Shown piece after piece: positions 1 through 13,953 of a stretch of 64,000 nt of DNA (position 1 is its first letter; each line of letters opens with the position of its first letter). This DNA is from Cercozoa sp. M6MM (taxonomy: Eukaryota > Protista > Endomyxa: Ascetosporea). The position numbers and the translations under genes were made by a program. The notes beneath the pieces were generated by a model that saw only the letters and a list, made by a program, of their open reading frames with translations, was not told the origin of the DNA and searched no databases. The DNA lies in assembly GCA_040357565.1 (NCBI GenBank), contig JBDODJ010000019.1. The stretch is one strand, 5' to 3'.

Positions 1-288
1 TTGAGACTATTGCTTCAGTTGGGAACTCGAATTATTCTTCCACGAGTGTAGTTACGTTTAGGAGTCAACTGTTTCAGAGGGAACAAGGCGACTGCCTGCA
101 AACTGAACTGAAAAAGCCGTTGGAGCGCAAGAAACGACGACTCCGAAATTCGGACTGAGGTTTCTGACACATTTATCCGAACGCGACGGCGAAGTTCACA
201 GTGCACGTACTATCGTAAATAATCGAGACGTTTCATCGCGTTCGCCTTTATTTCGCTTCGCTTGCAAGCGAAGTTCAATCCAACGCGA

Positions 289-1181
289 TCAATGGTGCGG
301 TTTCGGTCTTGCGCGAAACGGTTCGAACACCTTGGTCAGCAGCTGCACGCAGGCACTGCGCCGCACCCTCGTGTTGGTCTGCGCAGAGTAATGAATCAAT
401 GCTGCACTAAAGTATGACTCGAATACTGTACCTGTGTAAGAGGCCGACCACCAAAGTTAGCTTCCGACGCACTGCACCCACATGCATACGATTAAGCGGA
501 GGTTTAATATTATAGTAAATCGGGAAAAGCACCTGCCATCATCAAGGAAGTTGTAGGTGCGACTGTCGCGATGCAACAGCGACACGACGTAGTTGAACGC
601 AATATCCTCGCAGTTGAGTTCTCTGCTGATGAGATCGCGGACTCGCTGCGGCAGTATCCTCATGTACATGTCCAATGCCCTGTTGAAGCGATGATATGCG
701 ATCGATGAAACTTCAGCAACTGAGGGCATAAAAAAGGCAGCATAAAAGCACCTTTTCGGCACGAAAGCAGCACTCGTTAGAGCCAACGCGTGCACCATCT
801 TTCCAGTGCCGTAGAGTCCACAAACTGCAGAACGAAAGAGCTGGTCTCCACTGTTCGGAATAACGGCAGAACTCTACCTTCATCATCGTGCCTCCGCCAG
901 CCCATCGGCCGCGTGACTGCGTTCTTCACCGGCATCTGCATGCGAGTCGTGTTTGCAGCTCGAACAACCGCCTCCATTGCACTGCACGAGAACCACCGAT
1001 CGTCGTCGGTCTGTGCACACTCGAGAGGTCCCAGTATTCATGCAACACTCAACACTAATGATACGTTGGCCACGTAGTCAACATCGCCCAACAGTGACTC
1101 GAACTGTGACACTGAGTTCGCAATCTTTCCTTCCGTGCGACGTCGTTGGAACTCGTGTTCCACGCCAAACCTGTCTCCTGC

Positions 1182-1238
<57 letters not shown>

Positions 1239-2115
1239 CAAGACCAGTTTTGGTAGGTGCCAGCACCAGCGTAGGGTGTCCCTTTAGTGTAAACACCACT
1301 GGCGACTCGGGCAACTGCTCCAGGCTGTCCTCGTTGAGACAAGTGTACTGCGAGAGAAGCGCGTCGTTAGTCGCACTTCGTTTGAACAAGCGAAACGCTG
1401 CTGTGGCATCCATGTCCCACATCGACACCACCACTCGTTCCGTCGTTTTGCACTGCAGCCTCACAACATACACCCTTCTCCTCTGTGACATACACAGTAT
1501 GCTGTCTCACTACCTTGAGCATTGCAGGCAAGGCCTTTCGCATGTACCGAGGCAGACGAGCAGAGCCTCCACGCACCAAAGCACTCACTGTCGTGACATT
1601 ATCGAAGTCGTCATTGCTGCTCTGGTGGACATCCAGCCACTCCTCTTGTATCCGTGCGTGCAACTCGGCGTGCTCTGGCTGCACACTCGGGATGTGTGTC
1701 TCGCTGGCGTACTCTTCGTAGGAGATATCGCTGCCTTTGACACACTGTGTGCTCATTGAGAAAGGTCGCAGCGACGACAAATCTTCGCTTTCGACATGTT
1801 GTGACAGTAAAGCTGCTATCTCGTTCGCTCTGCGAAACAGTCAAGTGGAGTCAAGCCAAGCCAAGATTCGGAAAAGCTATACCTGCCAATCAGAGCACTC
1901 GATGACGTTGGTTCGTATACCGTCGGATCAGGTCGCTTGGTCACTCGCTCGTCGCGCGCGTCAGGACCAGTTGACGCACTTGGAGGTGGAGTGTGGGATG
2001 ACAACGACAGGACAAGCTGCTGAATTTCCGCACGCCGTTGGCCCGCCACGAAAAAAGCGACAGCTAAAGCCGACACAAGCAGCAGCTGCATCAAGATATG
2101 CCTGTGTGCAGACAT
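289..2115 (-). CDS. Glycosyltransferase family 64 (EXTL2-like) type II membrane protein, multi-exon
   Basis: N-terminal TM (LLLVSALAVAFFVA), DDD motif (TDDDRW), ALTSAAFV, NCEDIAFNYVVS and C-terminal RRSACVQLLTKVF are GT64 hallmarks. Exons join at GT-AG introns. Confidence 0.8.
1185..1235. repeat. (GT)n microsatellite in an intron
   Basis: Seen directly. Confidence 0.95.
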
Positions 2116-2290
2116 CTGATCTGACCCTTTACAGCATAGAAATTGCCCAGCTGACGTGAATTGCTTCGAGTGATCGACAACATCATTTGGTGCTGACATC
2201 CATTGCTGCCGACCGCTGTGTCAAACCAACTTAAGTAACGTAGTGCATTTTAGGCCTAGTTCCTCGTTTTATTCGTCGTGCAGGCCGGGG

Positions 2291-3063
2291 TCAGCAGGCG
2301 AAGCTCACAAGCATCTGCAGCAGCTCGGCCGTTGGACGCATGTCCTCGCTGACGCGCTCGATGTCGAGCTCGCCTGCGTTGCGCACCTGCTTGAGGTTGA
2401 AGACGGCGCGAGCGGCGCCGAGAACCACCGAGCGCAGCGGCTCGTTGCGCGGCTCGTTGAAGAAGTCGCGGCCCTGCGTGCCGACACGGGCGTCCAGTTC
2501 GGCCACGAGGCGGCTCAGCACTCGGTCGGCGTCCTGCGGCTGTTTCTGCTGTCGCAGAGCGCTGGCATAGATGAGCATGCAGCCCAGGTCGTCGATTCCG
2601 AGGTCGTCCACGTAGAGTTTGCCGTACTTGATCTGCACACCAGAGTGTCAGTACACAAGAGTGTGCAGGTATGAGGAGTAAGGTACCACAGCATTCGCGT
2701 TGCCCTGCTTGTGGAAGACACGCAGCGCCAGCTTGAGCACATCGGGGTCCGAGCGTCGCTCCAGCAGTCCCTTGAGCGTGAAGGCGGCCTCCTCGAGGTC
2801 CTTGTGGTGCGCAAAGGCCACCTTGGCGTGCAGCAGCAGCGTGCGACTGTCGATACCGCGACTCAGTCGCATGGCCTGCTTCACCTCGGCGTCGGCCTCC
2901 TGCCACCGACCGGCGTTGATCTGAACCATACACACACACATATTTATATATACACACATATATATCTACACACACATATATATCTACACACACACATATA
3001 TATATACACACACATATATATATATATATACACACACATATATATTATACACATATATATTAT

Positions 3064-3098
<35 letters not shown>

Positions 3099-4945
3099 AG
3101 TACAGACATGTGTATACCAACAACTCGGCCAGGTCGGTGCGTGCGCGAAGATTCTGCGGTCGCAGCTGCGCGAAACGACGCGCTTCGGCCACGGCCTGGA
3201 GCACACAAGAGTGCCACTACCTAGAGATACATAAAAGGCGTGCGAACTGCCTACCTTGTCAATGTTGCCAGAGCGCCGGTATGCCGACACGAGGAGCGCC
3301 GAGATGCGGCCGTAGTACTCACTTTCGAGACGGCGTTTCTCCACGGCGTCTTGCGACTGCGTCGGAGCGTTGTGCTCGCGTGCCCTGTGCATTTTGTGTT
3401 TGCACAATTCACACGCACAGAGAGTAGGCAAGCTACTCGAGCAGCACGTCAACAGCACGCGTGTACTCACGTTCCGCCATCAGCATTCTGTCCAAATCAA
3501 AGGAGCCTCGAATTTACAACTGATGGCGACACAACAACATACTCTGCAAGCGGAAGGAAGCAACGCGAGGCCGCGCGAGGCGACGTGTGCACAGCTTCCT
3601 GCATGACCTCGATCGACTCTTTCCGTCGACCCAGCGTCTTCAACGCTTCGCCCTGTGCATTCGCACGCACGAACCATCAGTGCCAAGACAGGTACAGCAA
3701 GAACAAACAGGCACCTGCATGGACTGCAGCAGCACGACGAAATGCGAAGACTTCGCACGCTTCGCGTAGCCCACGGCCTGCTCCAGAGCGACTAGAGCGA
3801 GGTCAGCTCGCTTCAGACCGAGCCTGCAAAAAGGACCGACATATCTACACATATACAACAAATAAAGGTAGCCAAGAGTACAGGTAGTTCTGCGCGGCAT
3901 TGGCGCACACTTCGCACACACTCTGCACATACTGCTGATCGATGTTGTCGGCACCAAGCTTGTCCGGGAGTGCCTGCAGGTATCCACGTCAACTGAAGTC
4001 AAAGCAAGAGAACAGCAGCAGTTGATACCATGAGCAAGTGCGTCACAACATCGGTCGCCGTCGAAAGCGCAAAGTTGCGTGCCTCCGGGTCGAGGTCACC
4101 CACCGCCTTTCAACACAACTTGAGTTGAGAGAAACCCTCATCTCGGCAAAGGACTCAGGTGGTACCTTCTGCTTCATGGCAGCATAGAGCAGCAGTGTCT
4201 CAAGACCTTGTACGTCGACAATTCGCTCGGCAATCTCGCGGCGGTGCGACGGGTAGCCCTTTCCCACAAAGAAACGCAAAGAATGACAGGTGAAGTTGGT
4301 TGTGTGGAAGCTACCTTGACCATGTTCATCATCTCCTTCAACGTGCTTAGTGCGAGCATGCGCACTGAAAACCACCATCGTTTAAAGACTCAAGAATGCG
4401 CGCGAGAGAGAGAAAAACCTTGCACAGGCTGCTTCTTGTCCAAACCGTCATGAACTGCAAACACGGTGCACTCACAAGCAACAACAAAAGGAGGCAACAA
4501 CGAACTGATGATGTCGATGGCGTCTGTGTTGCGCGCAAGCTCGCGCAGAACCAATGGCGACGCCGACAGCTGCAGCAGCTCGACCAAGGCTGCGCGCGGA
4601 TACGAGTTGACATCACTCACTCAGAAAACACGAGAAACGTCCAATCTACCAGTTCGTCGTTCACGCGGCGACACTGATCGGTCGTCGAACTTCTGCAGCA
4701 GCGTTCCTAAACACACACACACACACACACACGGCATAATTGTCCACCGGAGTCAATTGTAGCTTTTTTGAGAGACAGCAAAGTTACGCACACGACGCGG
4801 ACCGTGCACCGCAAACTCAGCTTGCATAATCTGTGAGAATACGCACATGTACACACAAGCGTACCCACTCGCAGAGCAACCAACACACCATCGGAAGTCC
4901 TTGCTGGGCAAAGGCACGCGCGCTGAGCATGTCCATGAGTGACAT
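2291..4945 (-). CDS. TPR-like alpha-helical repeat protein, multi-exon
   Basis: Spliced exons such as AVAEARRFAQLRPQNLRARTDLAELL|INAGRWQEADAEVKQAMRL show TPR periodicity and GC-rich codons. Start uncertain. Confidence 0.6.
2928..3098. repeat. Compound (AC)/(AT) microsatellite intron
   Basis: Seen directly. Confidence 0.95.
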
Positions 4946-5860
4946 CTTGACCAACTGCACACAAAGCTCTTTGAAACAACAAAAAGTAGAGAAACAACAA
5001 AGCGTACGTCTTTTTGCGACGCAACGCACCACGAAAGCGCCAGTTCCCGGCCGCTATCGGTGGCAAGGCAGTAGGCAGGGAAGCCCTGTGGCACAAACAA
5101 TTCAGTCGCGAGGTTGGCAGCACAGAAGAAGCCTGAACAGAGCTACCGTGATGCCAGCGAACAAAGCAAAGCGAAAACCGTATTTCCAGATCTGCGAGCG
5201 TAGCGCTGCCTGCTCCTGCGTTGTTGTGAACAAGCATTACATCAATCGAACTGGCAGAAATTGACAATTGTTGAGCCCCACCTGAAGAGCCGTTACACGC
5301 GTGGTAGAGGCCATCCGCACAGCTTGATGCGCCACACGACGCAGTGCGAGACGCTGCATTGCTTTAACCTAAATCGGCAAAAGATATCTTTATTTGCCTC
5401 CCAGCTGGCAAGTTTCGCAAATGCCAGACACTTTGTCGCAGTGGGTCAACAAAACCTGGCAACTACCGCGTCTCCGCACACCTGCAGTGCTCGCAGATCG
5501 TCTTCTGGTATCAAGTTAAGTGTGCGACGTACATGTCGGTTTCTTCGATTCAGGTCAGAGCCAATAGCCGAGTTTGAGTCGATATAAACGCGGTCTGCAA
5601 CACGCCCTCGTGAAAGTCAATAGACAAGACACAGCTTGTGCATTCGGATTGCAAGGCCAGGAAGAGAACTTGTGGACCTAATCGTTTACGTCAGGAGGTC
5701 AGAGAACAACGCGAAAAGCAGTGAAAAGAAGAAACAGCAGAAAGAGAACAACTCGGAAAACTCGTCGGGTGAGCCTTTGTTGCCTTTACTTGAAGCTTTC
5801 TTGAGAGCCCTAAGGAGAGGACACAGTTAAGTTAAATTTTCCTGCACAGGGAACTCAAAA

Positions 5861-8800
5861 ATGATGCGATCTCGGCACGGACATGGCAGCGGCAACTTCG
5901 AGTTCGACGAGGTCGATCAGAGTACTTATAACTTTAGAACTACGACAAAAAAACAACATGAGGAGAGAAAATAAATTCGTTTTCGCAGATGCGGAACTGT
6001 ACCGTGCCGATGCTCGTTCGCGATTGCGAGTTACACAGGCTGCTCGGTAAGTGCCTGCCCTCTTTCCCTGGCAAGATGTGTATCTACCCGCACACTAAAC
6101 TACTGGCGTAGGGCCGATCTGTCGGAAGAAGCGACCGAGGAGGAGTCAATGATCGTACCGTTGATTAGTACTCCGCGTGGATGCACACAAACACACGTGT
6201 GTTTTTGTGCAGAGCGAGGACACGTCGGACTCGCTGACGACCGAGTCTGCCGTAGGCTTTCAATAGTTTGACCCACCCTGTTTTGACCCGAGACACTTGA
6301 CCAGTCTAACAAGCTTGTTTGTGAGGGAGATACGGTGTGTGTGCAGCCAGTGGACCCGAAATTCGAGTCGCCGAACCTCACGTTCTCGCAGCTCACGGAA
6401 CTCAAGCGCAGTCAGAGCATGTACACCTGCTGTCCTACCTGTACACATGGACGGTCCAAACTGACGGTCCAAATTGACGGTATTTTACTGCAGGGTCAAG
6501 CTGGACGGCGATGTGCTGCTGGAGGGAGCGACGAAGATTGCGCCGAAACCGGCCGTTCCAGTCATGGTACTGTGTGCCTGTGTTTGCCTTGGGTTGATAC
6601 CTTGGTTGGTACCTTGCGCACGTGTGTGCTGGTACCATGTCGGACTGGGATTGCATACCAAGTCGCACACTGCGCAGTCGGACGACACGTCATCGCCGTC
6701 GCCCAAGGTGCCCGAGGTGGTCGTGCCCGACTACCAGCGCGTCAACATCACCAAGAAACCCAAGGTCGGCGACGAGCTCAAACATGTGCAGAAACTCATC
6801 GGCGACGCCGTCAGCATGCGCGTGCGTTATGCCCCCCCCCCCCGCCCTTACCATTTACCTCCTAACCATTTACCTCCTTACCCTTTACCTCACACTTACC
6901 CTTTATTCACTCCTGGCAGCGCAAGTACGTCGGCAAGCACCACCAGCGGCGTGCCTGGCACTCACAGGAACCCGTGGACGACCTGGCGTCGCTCAACATG
7001 TACGCACGTACTTTGGGCGGTCACCTGGAGTGGTCACTCCATGTGGTCACTCCATGTGGTCACTCCACACTCCATGTGGTAATGTGTGTTGCTGTTGCAG
7101 GCGTCGAGCCACGTACCCGCCGCGTTCGTCTCACAAGTTCGCCATGGGCAACGGCGTTGTAGGCTTTTCTTGTGTGTCTCGTGTCCGCGCGGATGATATA
7201 GAATACGAGAAAATACGATAGGTCAAAGTGTGGGACGATGACAGCGAAATTGCGGCGATTTCGGTAATTTTTCTCTTTTGAATAAAGTGATTTGTGGTAT
7301 TTGTGCGTGTGCAGGCGGAGGAGTTTTTCCGCGACCTGCACCGTGTGATGCGTCTGGTGGGCAACGGTCCAGCCAAGACCTTCTGCTACCAGCGACTGCA
7401 GATCCTGGAGAGTCGGTTCCGACTGCACCGCGTGCTCAACGAGGACGTCGAGAACGCCGAGCAGCGCGTCGTGCCGCACCGTGGTAGTTTTACCCCCCTC
7501 GTCCCTACCTTTCTTACACCTACCCCTACCTCTGCCCTATTCCTATCTCTACTCTATTCCTACCCTATTCCTACCCCTGCTCTATCCCTGCCCTATTCAT
7601 ACCCCTACCCTGCTCTATCCCTGCCCTATTCATACCCCTACCCCTGCCCTATCCCTACCCCTGCCCTATCCCTACCCCTGCCCTACGCGTGTCTGCAGAC
7701 TTCTACAACGTGCGCAAGGTGGACAACCACGTGCACCACTCGGCGTGCATGACGCAGAAGCACCTGCTGCGCTACATCAAGAGCATGCTGCGGCGGCAGC
7801 CCAACACTGTGGTCAAGATCGTCGACGATCCCGAGGTGTGTTACCTTGTTACCCCTGTTGCCCCTGTTGCCCCCTAGTCGACCCTGCACTTGCAGTCGCC
7901 GAGCGGCAAGCGCAGTATGACGCTGGCGGAGCTGTTCGAGTCGCTGCAGGTACCGGCAAGACAGTTCACTGACGGTGTGATCGGTGGTGTGAGTGACGGT
8001 GTGATCGGTGAGAGTGAGGGTGTGATCGGTATCATCGCTGACGGTGTAATGATGCTGGATCAGTTGGACGCCTACGACTTGTCGATCGACACGCTGGATA
8101 TGCACGCACACCAGGACACGTTCCACCGCTTCGACAAGTTCAATCAGAAGTACAACCCGATCGGCGAGTCGCTGCTGCGGTTTTACCCCCCTACCCCCTG
8201 CCCCTACCTCCCCCTTTACCCCCCTACTCCACAGTGAGGTCTTCCTCAAGACGGACAATGACATGGGCGGACAGTTCCTGGCGGGTCTGACGCATCAGGT
8301 TGCGATGCTTTACCCCCCCCCCCCCTCTGCATCCTTACCCCCCCATCACAACAGGTATTTGACGACCATGCGGCCGCCAAGTACCAGCTGGCCGAGTAGG
8401 ATGGCTTTACCCCCTCCCACACCCTCCCCTTTTAAAGCCCCCTCCTCTCAGGTACCGTCTGTCGATCTATGGCAAGCGACGCGACGAGTGGGACAAACTG
8501 GGTCGCTGGGTGGTGTCGCACAACCTGTACTCGCCCAACGTCGTGTGGCTCATCCAGGTACACTTGGACTGTACATATGGACTGTACATATGGACTGTAC
8601 ATCTGGGCTTGTATGTATGAACTGTATGTATGGACTGTATGTATGGACTGTATGTATGGACTGATGTATGTGGACAGGTGCCGCGTCTGTACGAGATCTA
8701 CAAGTCGCGCAACTTGATCTCGTCCTTCCAGGACATGATCGACAACATCTTCATTCCGCTGTTCGAGGTGCCTCACCGTTTACCCCCCCCCCCTGCCCCT

Positions 8801-10294
8801 ACTCTTTCTTACTCCCTCCTGGAACAGGTGACGATCGACCCGAACTCGCACAAGGAGTTGCACCTGTTTCTGCGACACGTTGTCGGCTTTGATTCCGTGG
8901 TATTTCTCTTGTTGTTTTCTCGTGTTGTTGTTTTCTCTCTTGTTGTTTTCTTTGTTGTTGTTTTCTTTGTTGTTGTTTTCTTTGTTGTTGTTGTTGTTGA
9001 TTGTTGTTGTTGAAAGGACGACGAGAGCATTCGCGAGTTCCACCGCGGCAAGATGCCAAAGCCGGCGGATGTAGCCTCTCCTTTTTTGTCCATGTGTGGA
9101 CCTATCCTGTCCTGTTGGTCCATGTGTCCCTGTCCATTGTGTACAATGTGTACGTGTACCTGTCCAATGTGTACGTGTGTGTGGTCCAAAGTGGACACGC
9201 GAGTCGAACCCGCCGTACGCCATGTGGCTTTACTACATGTGGGCCAACCTCGAGGTGCTCAACCGACTGCGTGTGGCGCGTGGTACACCTTCTTACCCCC
9301 CTTCTTACCCCCCTCTTACCCCCTTACCCCCCCCCGGAATGGATACGTTCGCGGTGCGGCCACAAGCCGGCGGGGGCGGTAAGTTTTAACCCCCCCCCCC
9401 CCAACACCCCCCCCGTTTTACCTCCTGTTAATAGGCGACATTGACCATCTGGCGACGACGTTCCTTTTGGCCGATGGCATCAATCACGGTACCAGGGGTA
9501 GAAGGGGTAGAAGGGGAAGGTGTACATGTGTACATGTATGTGTACACAGGTCTGTTGCTGAAGAAGTCGCCGGTGCTGCAGTACCTGTACTACCTGACGC
9601 AGATCGGTAGTTTTACCCCCCCCCCCTCCCCGGTCTGTGCCCTCTTACTAAATGTCTGGGACAGGAATCTCAATGTCGCCACTGAGCAACAACTTGTTGT
9701 TTGTCGAGTACGACAAGAACCCGTTCCCGCTGTACTTCCGACGCGGTCTCAACGTCACTCTGTCCACCGACGACCCTCTGATGATCCACTTCACTAAGGC
9801 ACTTTACCTCACCCCCTCACCTGCTTCACTTCCCTCTTACCCCCCCCCCGGTAGGACCCTCTGGTGGAGGAGTACTCGGTGGCGTCGCAGGTGTGGAAAC
9901 TCTCCTCGATCGACATGTGCGAGATCGCACGTGCCTCGGTGCTGCAGGTACCTTCCTCCCCCTAGTACCTAAGTACCTTTGTGCTTACCAAATGACCTTG
10001 TGACGACAGAGTGGCTTTGATCATCGCATCTGTCAGCACTGGATTGGGTATACCCCCTCTTATCTCCCCCCGTTTCCTGTACTCCTTTGATGCAGACCGA
10101 ACTACCTGCTGCCGGGACCTGCTGGAAACGACATGCGGCAGACCAACGTGTACACTATACCCCTACCCCATATATATATATATATATATATATCCCTTTT
10201 TGGGTGCAGGCCGAACGTGCGACTGTCGTTCCGCCAGGAGCTGCTCGAGGAAGAGCGTGAGCTGTGCGCCACGCCGGTCGAGATGTACCGTTGA
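5861..10294 (+). CDS. AMPD: AMP deaminase, >20 exons
   Basis: [84 protein letters not shown]. One GC-AG intron at ~9799. Confidence 0.97.
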
Positions 10295-10929
10295 GCCACG
10301 CCAAGCATCTTCGCTTAGTGAACGCGCGTGCACGTGCGTTTGTGATACATCGAGTGCGTGATTTTAGCTCGTTCGGTTTACTAAGAAATTGACTATATGG
10401 TAGCTTCCTTCGCCTGTACCCGTAGGAAGTGAGAACTTAATCCCGCTGACAGTAACCCAAGGTGCGCTAAACCGGCTCGAGATATCTTGTTGCAGTTTCT
10501 AGGAGTGTAGCAACAAATACCAATATCTTTCTGCCAGTCATCCCCGCCCTGGGGACAAACCCGCATGACAATATTGTCATCGGGTATTTGTCGGGCTTGT
10601 CGTGTGTGTGTGCACTGCACGTCGAATCCACCAGCAGTTGGGGTGACCGTGCCAACCCTTTCAAATCTGATGATTTGTCGACGAGAGTTCCGCAAGTTCT
10701 GCTTAAGCTTCGGGCCGTGATTTAATGACGAAATACAGTGTTTGCACTGACGGCAGAGAGTTCGTTCAAACTCGGACTGCTTCGGTGAAATGCTTCGCAG
10801 TGAGATTTTTGACCAGAAACGCCGAACAATCAGGGTCACAGACGCCAATTTAGCTCCTACTGAAGTCCAAGACTGCACTTCCAAGTCATTCCGTTGTCCC
10901 GTCCGACGCAAGAGCTCCCCAGCAAAGAA

Positions 10930-12961
10930 ATGAAGTTACTGCCGTCCCTCTTGCTTGTAGCCACGGCCGTTGAGGCGAGTTACACCGCTGCCAGTGGTTA
11001 CTACTCGAACTCCAACCCGAATAGCTACGGCAAAAGCAAGGACACGGTCAGTTTGGAGTCGCTCATCCAGTCCAATAATGAGATCGAACACGACTTGCGC
11101 AGTGTTGCTGTGGTATGCGACACCTTTTGTACTGTAAAGAGTGCTGTAAACTTACTGTACGAGTGTGTTTTGAAGAGCATGGACAAAGCAGGTGCTCAGT
11201 TGAAGTCGGCGATGAAAGAGTTGTGGTTCCGTCTCAGTCGAATCGAGCAGGTCATCGACACCACAACCACGACGACGACGACGGCCACGGTGGTGCCACC
11301 GAGTACAAGTTTGACGACAGATATTCCCGAGACTAGCGTTACTCAGACAACGACGGAACTCTGTGAGTGCACACGTGAGGGTGAGAGTGGGGAGTACATG
11401 TGTCCTGAGGACCCACAGTCCGACCTGTTACAAGGCGAGCAGTGTATCTGCGACTTCGAGTGTGAATTCGGAGTGTGCTCGCTGATGTGCATGGTCACGC
11501 TGTCGGATGGAACAATAGTGGCTTCGATGGACGCAGCGGATCTTGTTGTACTGAACCGCTGTATAGGGGAAGGTGCCGCACCTGGAGAAGAGTGCTTCTG
11601 CAACTCCGAGTGCCTCGATGGGTTGGCTTGTATCGACAATGACGACGACCCGGCGACGCCTGGAGGCACTTGCAGGGAAGATGCGACATCGACGACCCAG
11701 ACCACGATGACATCGGCCATGTCATCGACGACCATGTCATCGACGACCACGACGGCAATGATGCTGATGCTCGGAGATACGTGTGACCCAGCAGACGATC
11801 AATGCCCAGGTATAGCATGTACAAACTGAAGCCTCCTTAGGCTCGCAGCTCTTACGTTTGACCAAACATTTCAATGCCAGTCGACACCACTTGCTCGCCT
11901 ACTTGTGCTCGTGAAGATATGACTAGCGGTGTCGATCCAAACGTCTGCATCGACGACAATCCACTCGCAGTCGGCGATGTGTGTCGTTGCGATACCGAGT
12001 GCCCCGGTACAGGACAATTAATAATCATGCACTGCTGCAACTGTGGGTATGTTTTTGACAGTGGAATGCTCGTTTGATTGCACGATTGACAATGGAGATC
12101 CAGCAAACGAACCCAACGTGTGTGTGGATGCTTCGGTCAAGTCTGGTAACCAGTGTCGCTGCGACTCAGAGTGCGGTACGCCAAACTATTGCATGTAGCA
12201 GTCTCAGAAAAACAACGATCTGAGTGTTGGAACCAATAGGTGCGGGATCGATGTGCGCAAGTGACTGCACTGTCAGCGGCAATGCCATCGGCACAATTAT
12301 CTGCGCACAAATGGACAACGCTGTTTCCAGAGGCAGTGGATGCAACTGTGACTCCGAGTGCGACGCGAGTACTTCTTTTTAGTTTAACACAGCGACAGAT
12401 CTTGGTATTAATACTCTGCGATAGGCACATGTACCGACACGTGCACAATCACACTCCCGGACGAAAGCACGCTAGACCTGGGGATCAATCGCTGTGTTGC
12501 TGGAGCCGGCACCATTGACGTAGTCATGGAATGTTTTTGCAACTCGGAGTGCGCAACCGGCCAGTGTTCCGGTTCAGATGCGAATCCTTTCACAGCTCGC
12601 ACGTGCACAGCACCCCTCGGAGCAACATGCAGCGTTAATGGACAATGCACCTGTACGTGTGCTCTTTGACTTACTTTCGCCTTTCATCTTAGCGCAAGTT
12701 TGCGTGGCACAGCGAACCTGTGCTCGGGGGACGGAGTCGTCGTCTGCATGCAAGATGGTGGGGTACCCACTGGTACTGAGGTCTGCGTCGTAGCAGACGC
12801 AACGCTCTCAGCCGGCGAGCCCTGTCGCTGCGATTCCGAGTGCACGAGTGGTACAGTTTGTTTGTGCAAATATTGTTCCGTAATTCTAAGCATCCCCTTC
12901 TCATGTTCCACGAGCTGCTTCAGGTAACTGCCAGTCCGCTGGCATGCTGTGTGCTGCGTAA
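10930..12961 (+). CDS. Secreted Cys-rich repeat protein A: signal peptide, coiled coil, Thr-rich stalk, ~7 CxC[DN]xEC modules
   Basis: MKLLPSLLLVATAVEA signal, poly-Thr tracts, repeated G-x2-CxC(D/N)SEC modules separated mostly by phase-1 introns; ends GNCQSAGMLCAA*. Confidence 0.8.
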
Positions 12962-13314
12962 CGACGCTCGAAGAAATACTGGTCCAAGCAAGCGATTTGC
13001 CGTTGATCAGTGAGTACACAGGGTTGGCCAGAACGCGTCCGAAGGGCACTACTGTGCCCATTCAGTTTTCAGTTAGAAATTAATTTTATAAAGCACGTCA
13101 ACAAGTCTCCAAAAGAGCCCTCGCGAGGTTGAGCCAAGTCTCAAAGGACGCAAGATACTCGGTCTCTTCATGTGGCGGCTGTCAAGCGTGGGAGTGTGCC
13201 TGCACTAGTTGCGTGCTTCCAATACAGCAGGTACTCTAAATTTGCAATCAATGCAAGCTTCCTTGTCTTTTGCTTTTTCACGATAGCGAAGTCTATTGCG
13301 CGCTGTCCTATGGT

Positions 13315-13935
13315 CTCGAGGAGGAGCGCGAGCTGTGCGCCACGCCGGTCACGTTGTACCGATGGGCCTGCGTTCAGATAGTTAACATCCAGTTGGGCAG
13401 TTCAGTTTATTAAGAAACCAACTCTGTTCGTTAGTTCAGTTTATTAAAGAAGCCAACTATGTCCGTGAACGTAAGCGATCGTAGTACGAAACCAACTATG
13501 TACGGCAGTTTCCCTCACCTGTACCCATGGGAAACGAGACATTGACGTGACAGCTCTTGGGGCCGTCACTACTTACTTTGTTTCCTATAAGACTTAACTA
13601 ACTAAGTTTAACTGGTCCCGGGTGACATCCATTGGTAACCCAAGGTGCGCTAAACCAGCTCTAGGTAAAATCTAGTTAGAACAAGCAGCGAAGGGTTGTA
13701 GTATTACTACCCCCCCCCCCAGTGTCATACTGGCGACAAACCAGCATGACAACATTGTCGTCGTGTAAACTTATTAGTCGAAGTTGTCGTGATCGAGGTC
13801 GAATCTGCCTGCAGTTGGGGGGTGACCGTGTCAACCCTAGTCGACTCTTGTGACGTGTCGACGAGATTTTAGCTAGTTTGCTTCAGGCCGTGGTTTAATG
13901 GCGAAATACAGTGTTTTTGCACCGATAGCAGCTTC
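13315..13935 (+). repeat. Diverged duplicate of 10245-~10770 (AMPD 3' end plus downstream spacer)
   Basis: Shared blocks: ctcgagga.gagcg.gagctgtgcgccacgccggtc, gtaacccaaggtgcgctaaacc, gcagttgggg..tgaccgtg, tttaatg.cgaaatacagtg. Confidence 0.9.
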
Positions 13936-13953
13936 AGTATCAATCACACATAG

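Noticed and set aside
10400-10480. Telomerase template (TAACCCAA) or group I intron S-like element (ATATAGTC on minus)
   Set aside because: Matches are short, partner elements are absent, and the region is explained by local duplication.
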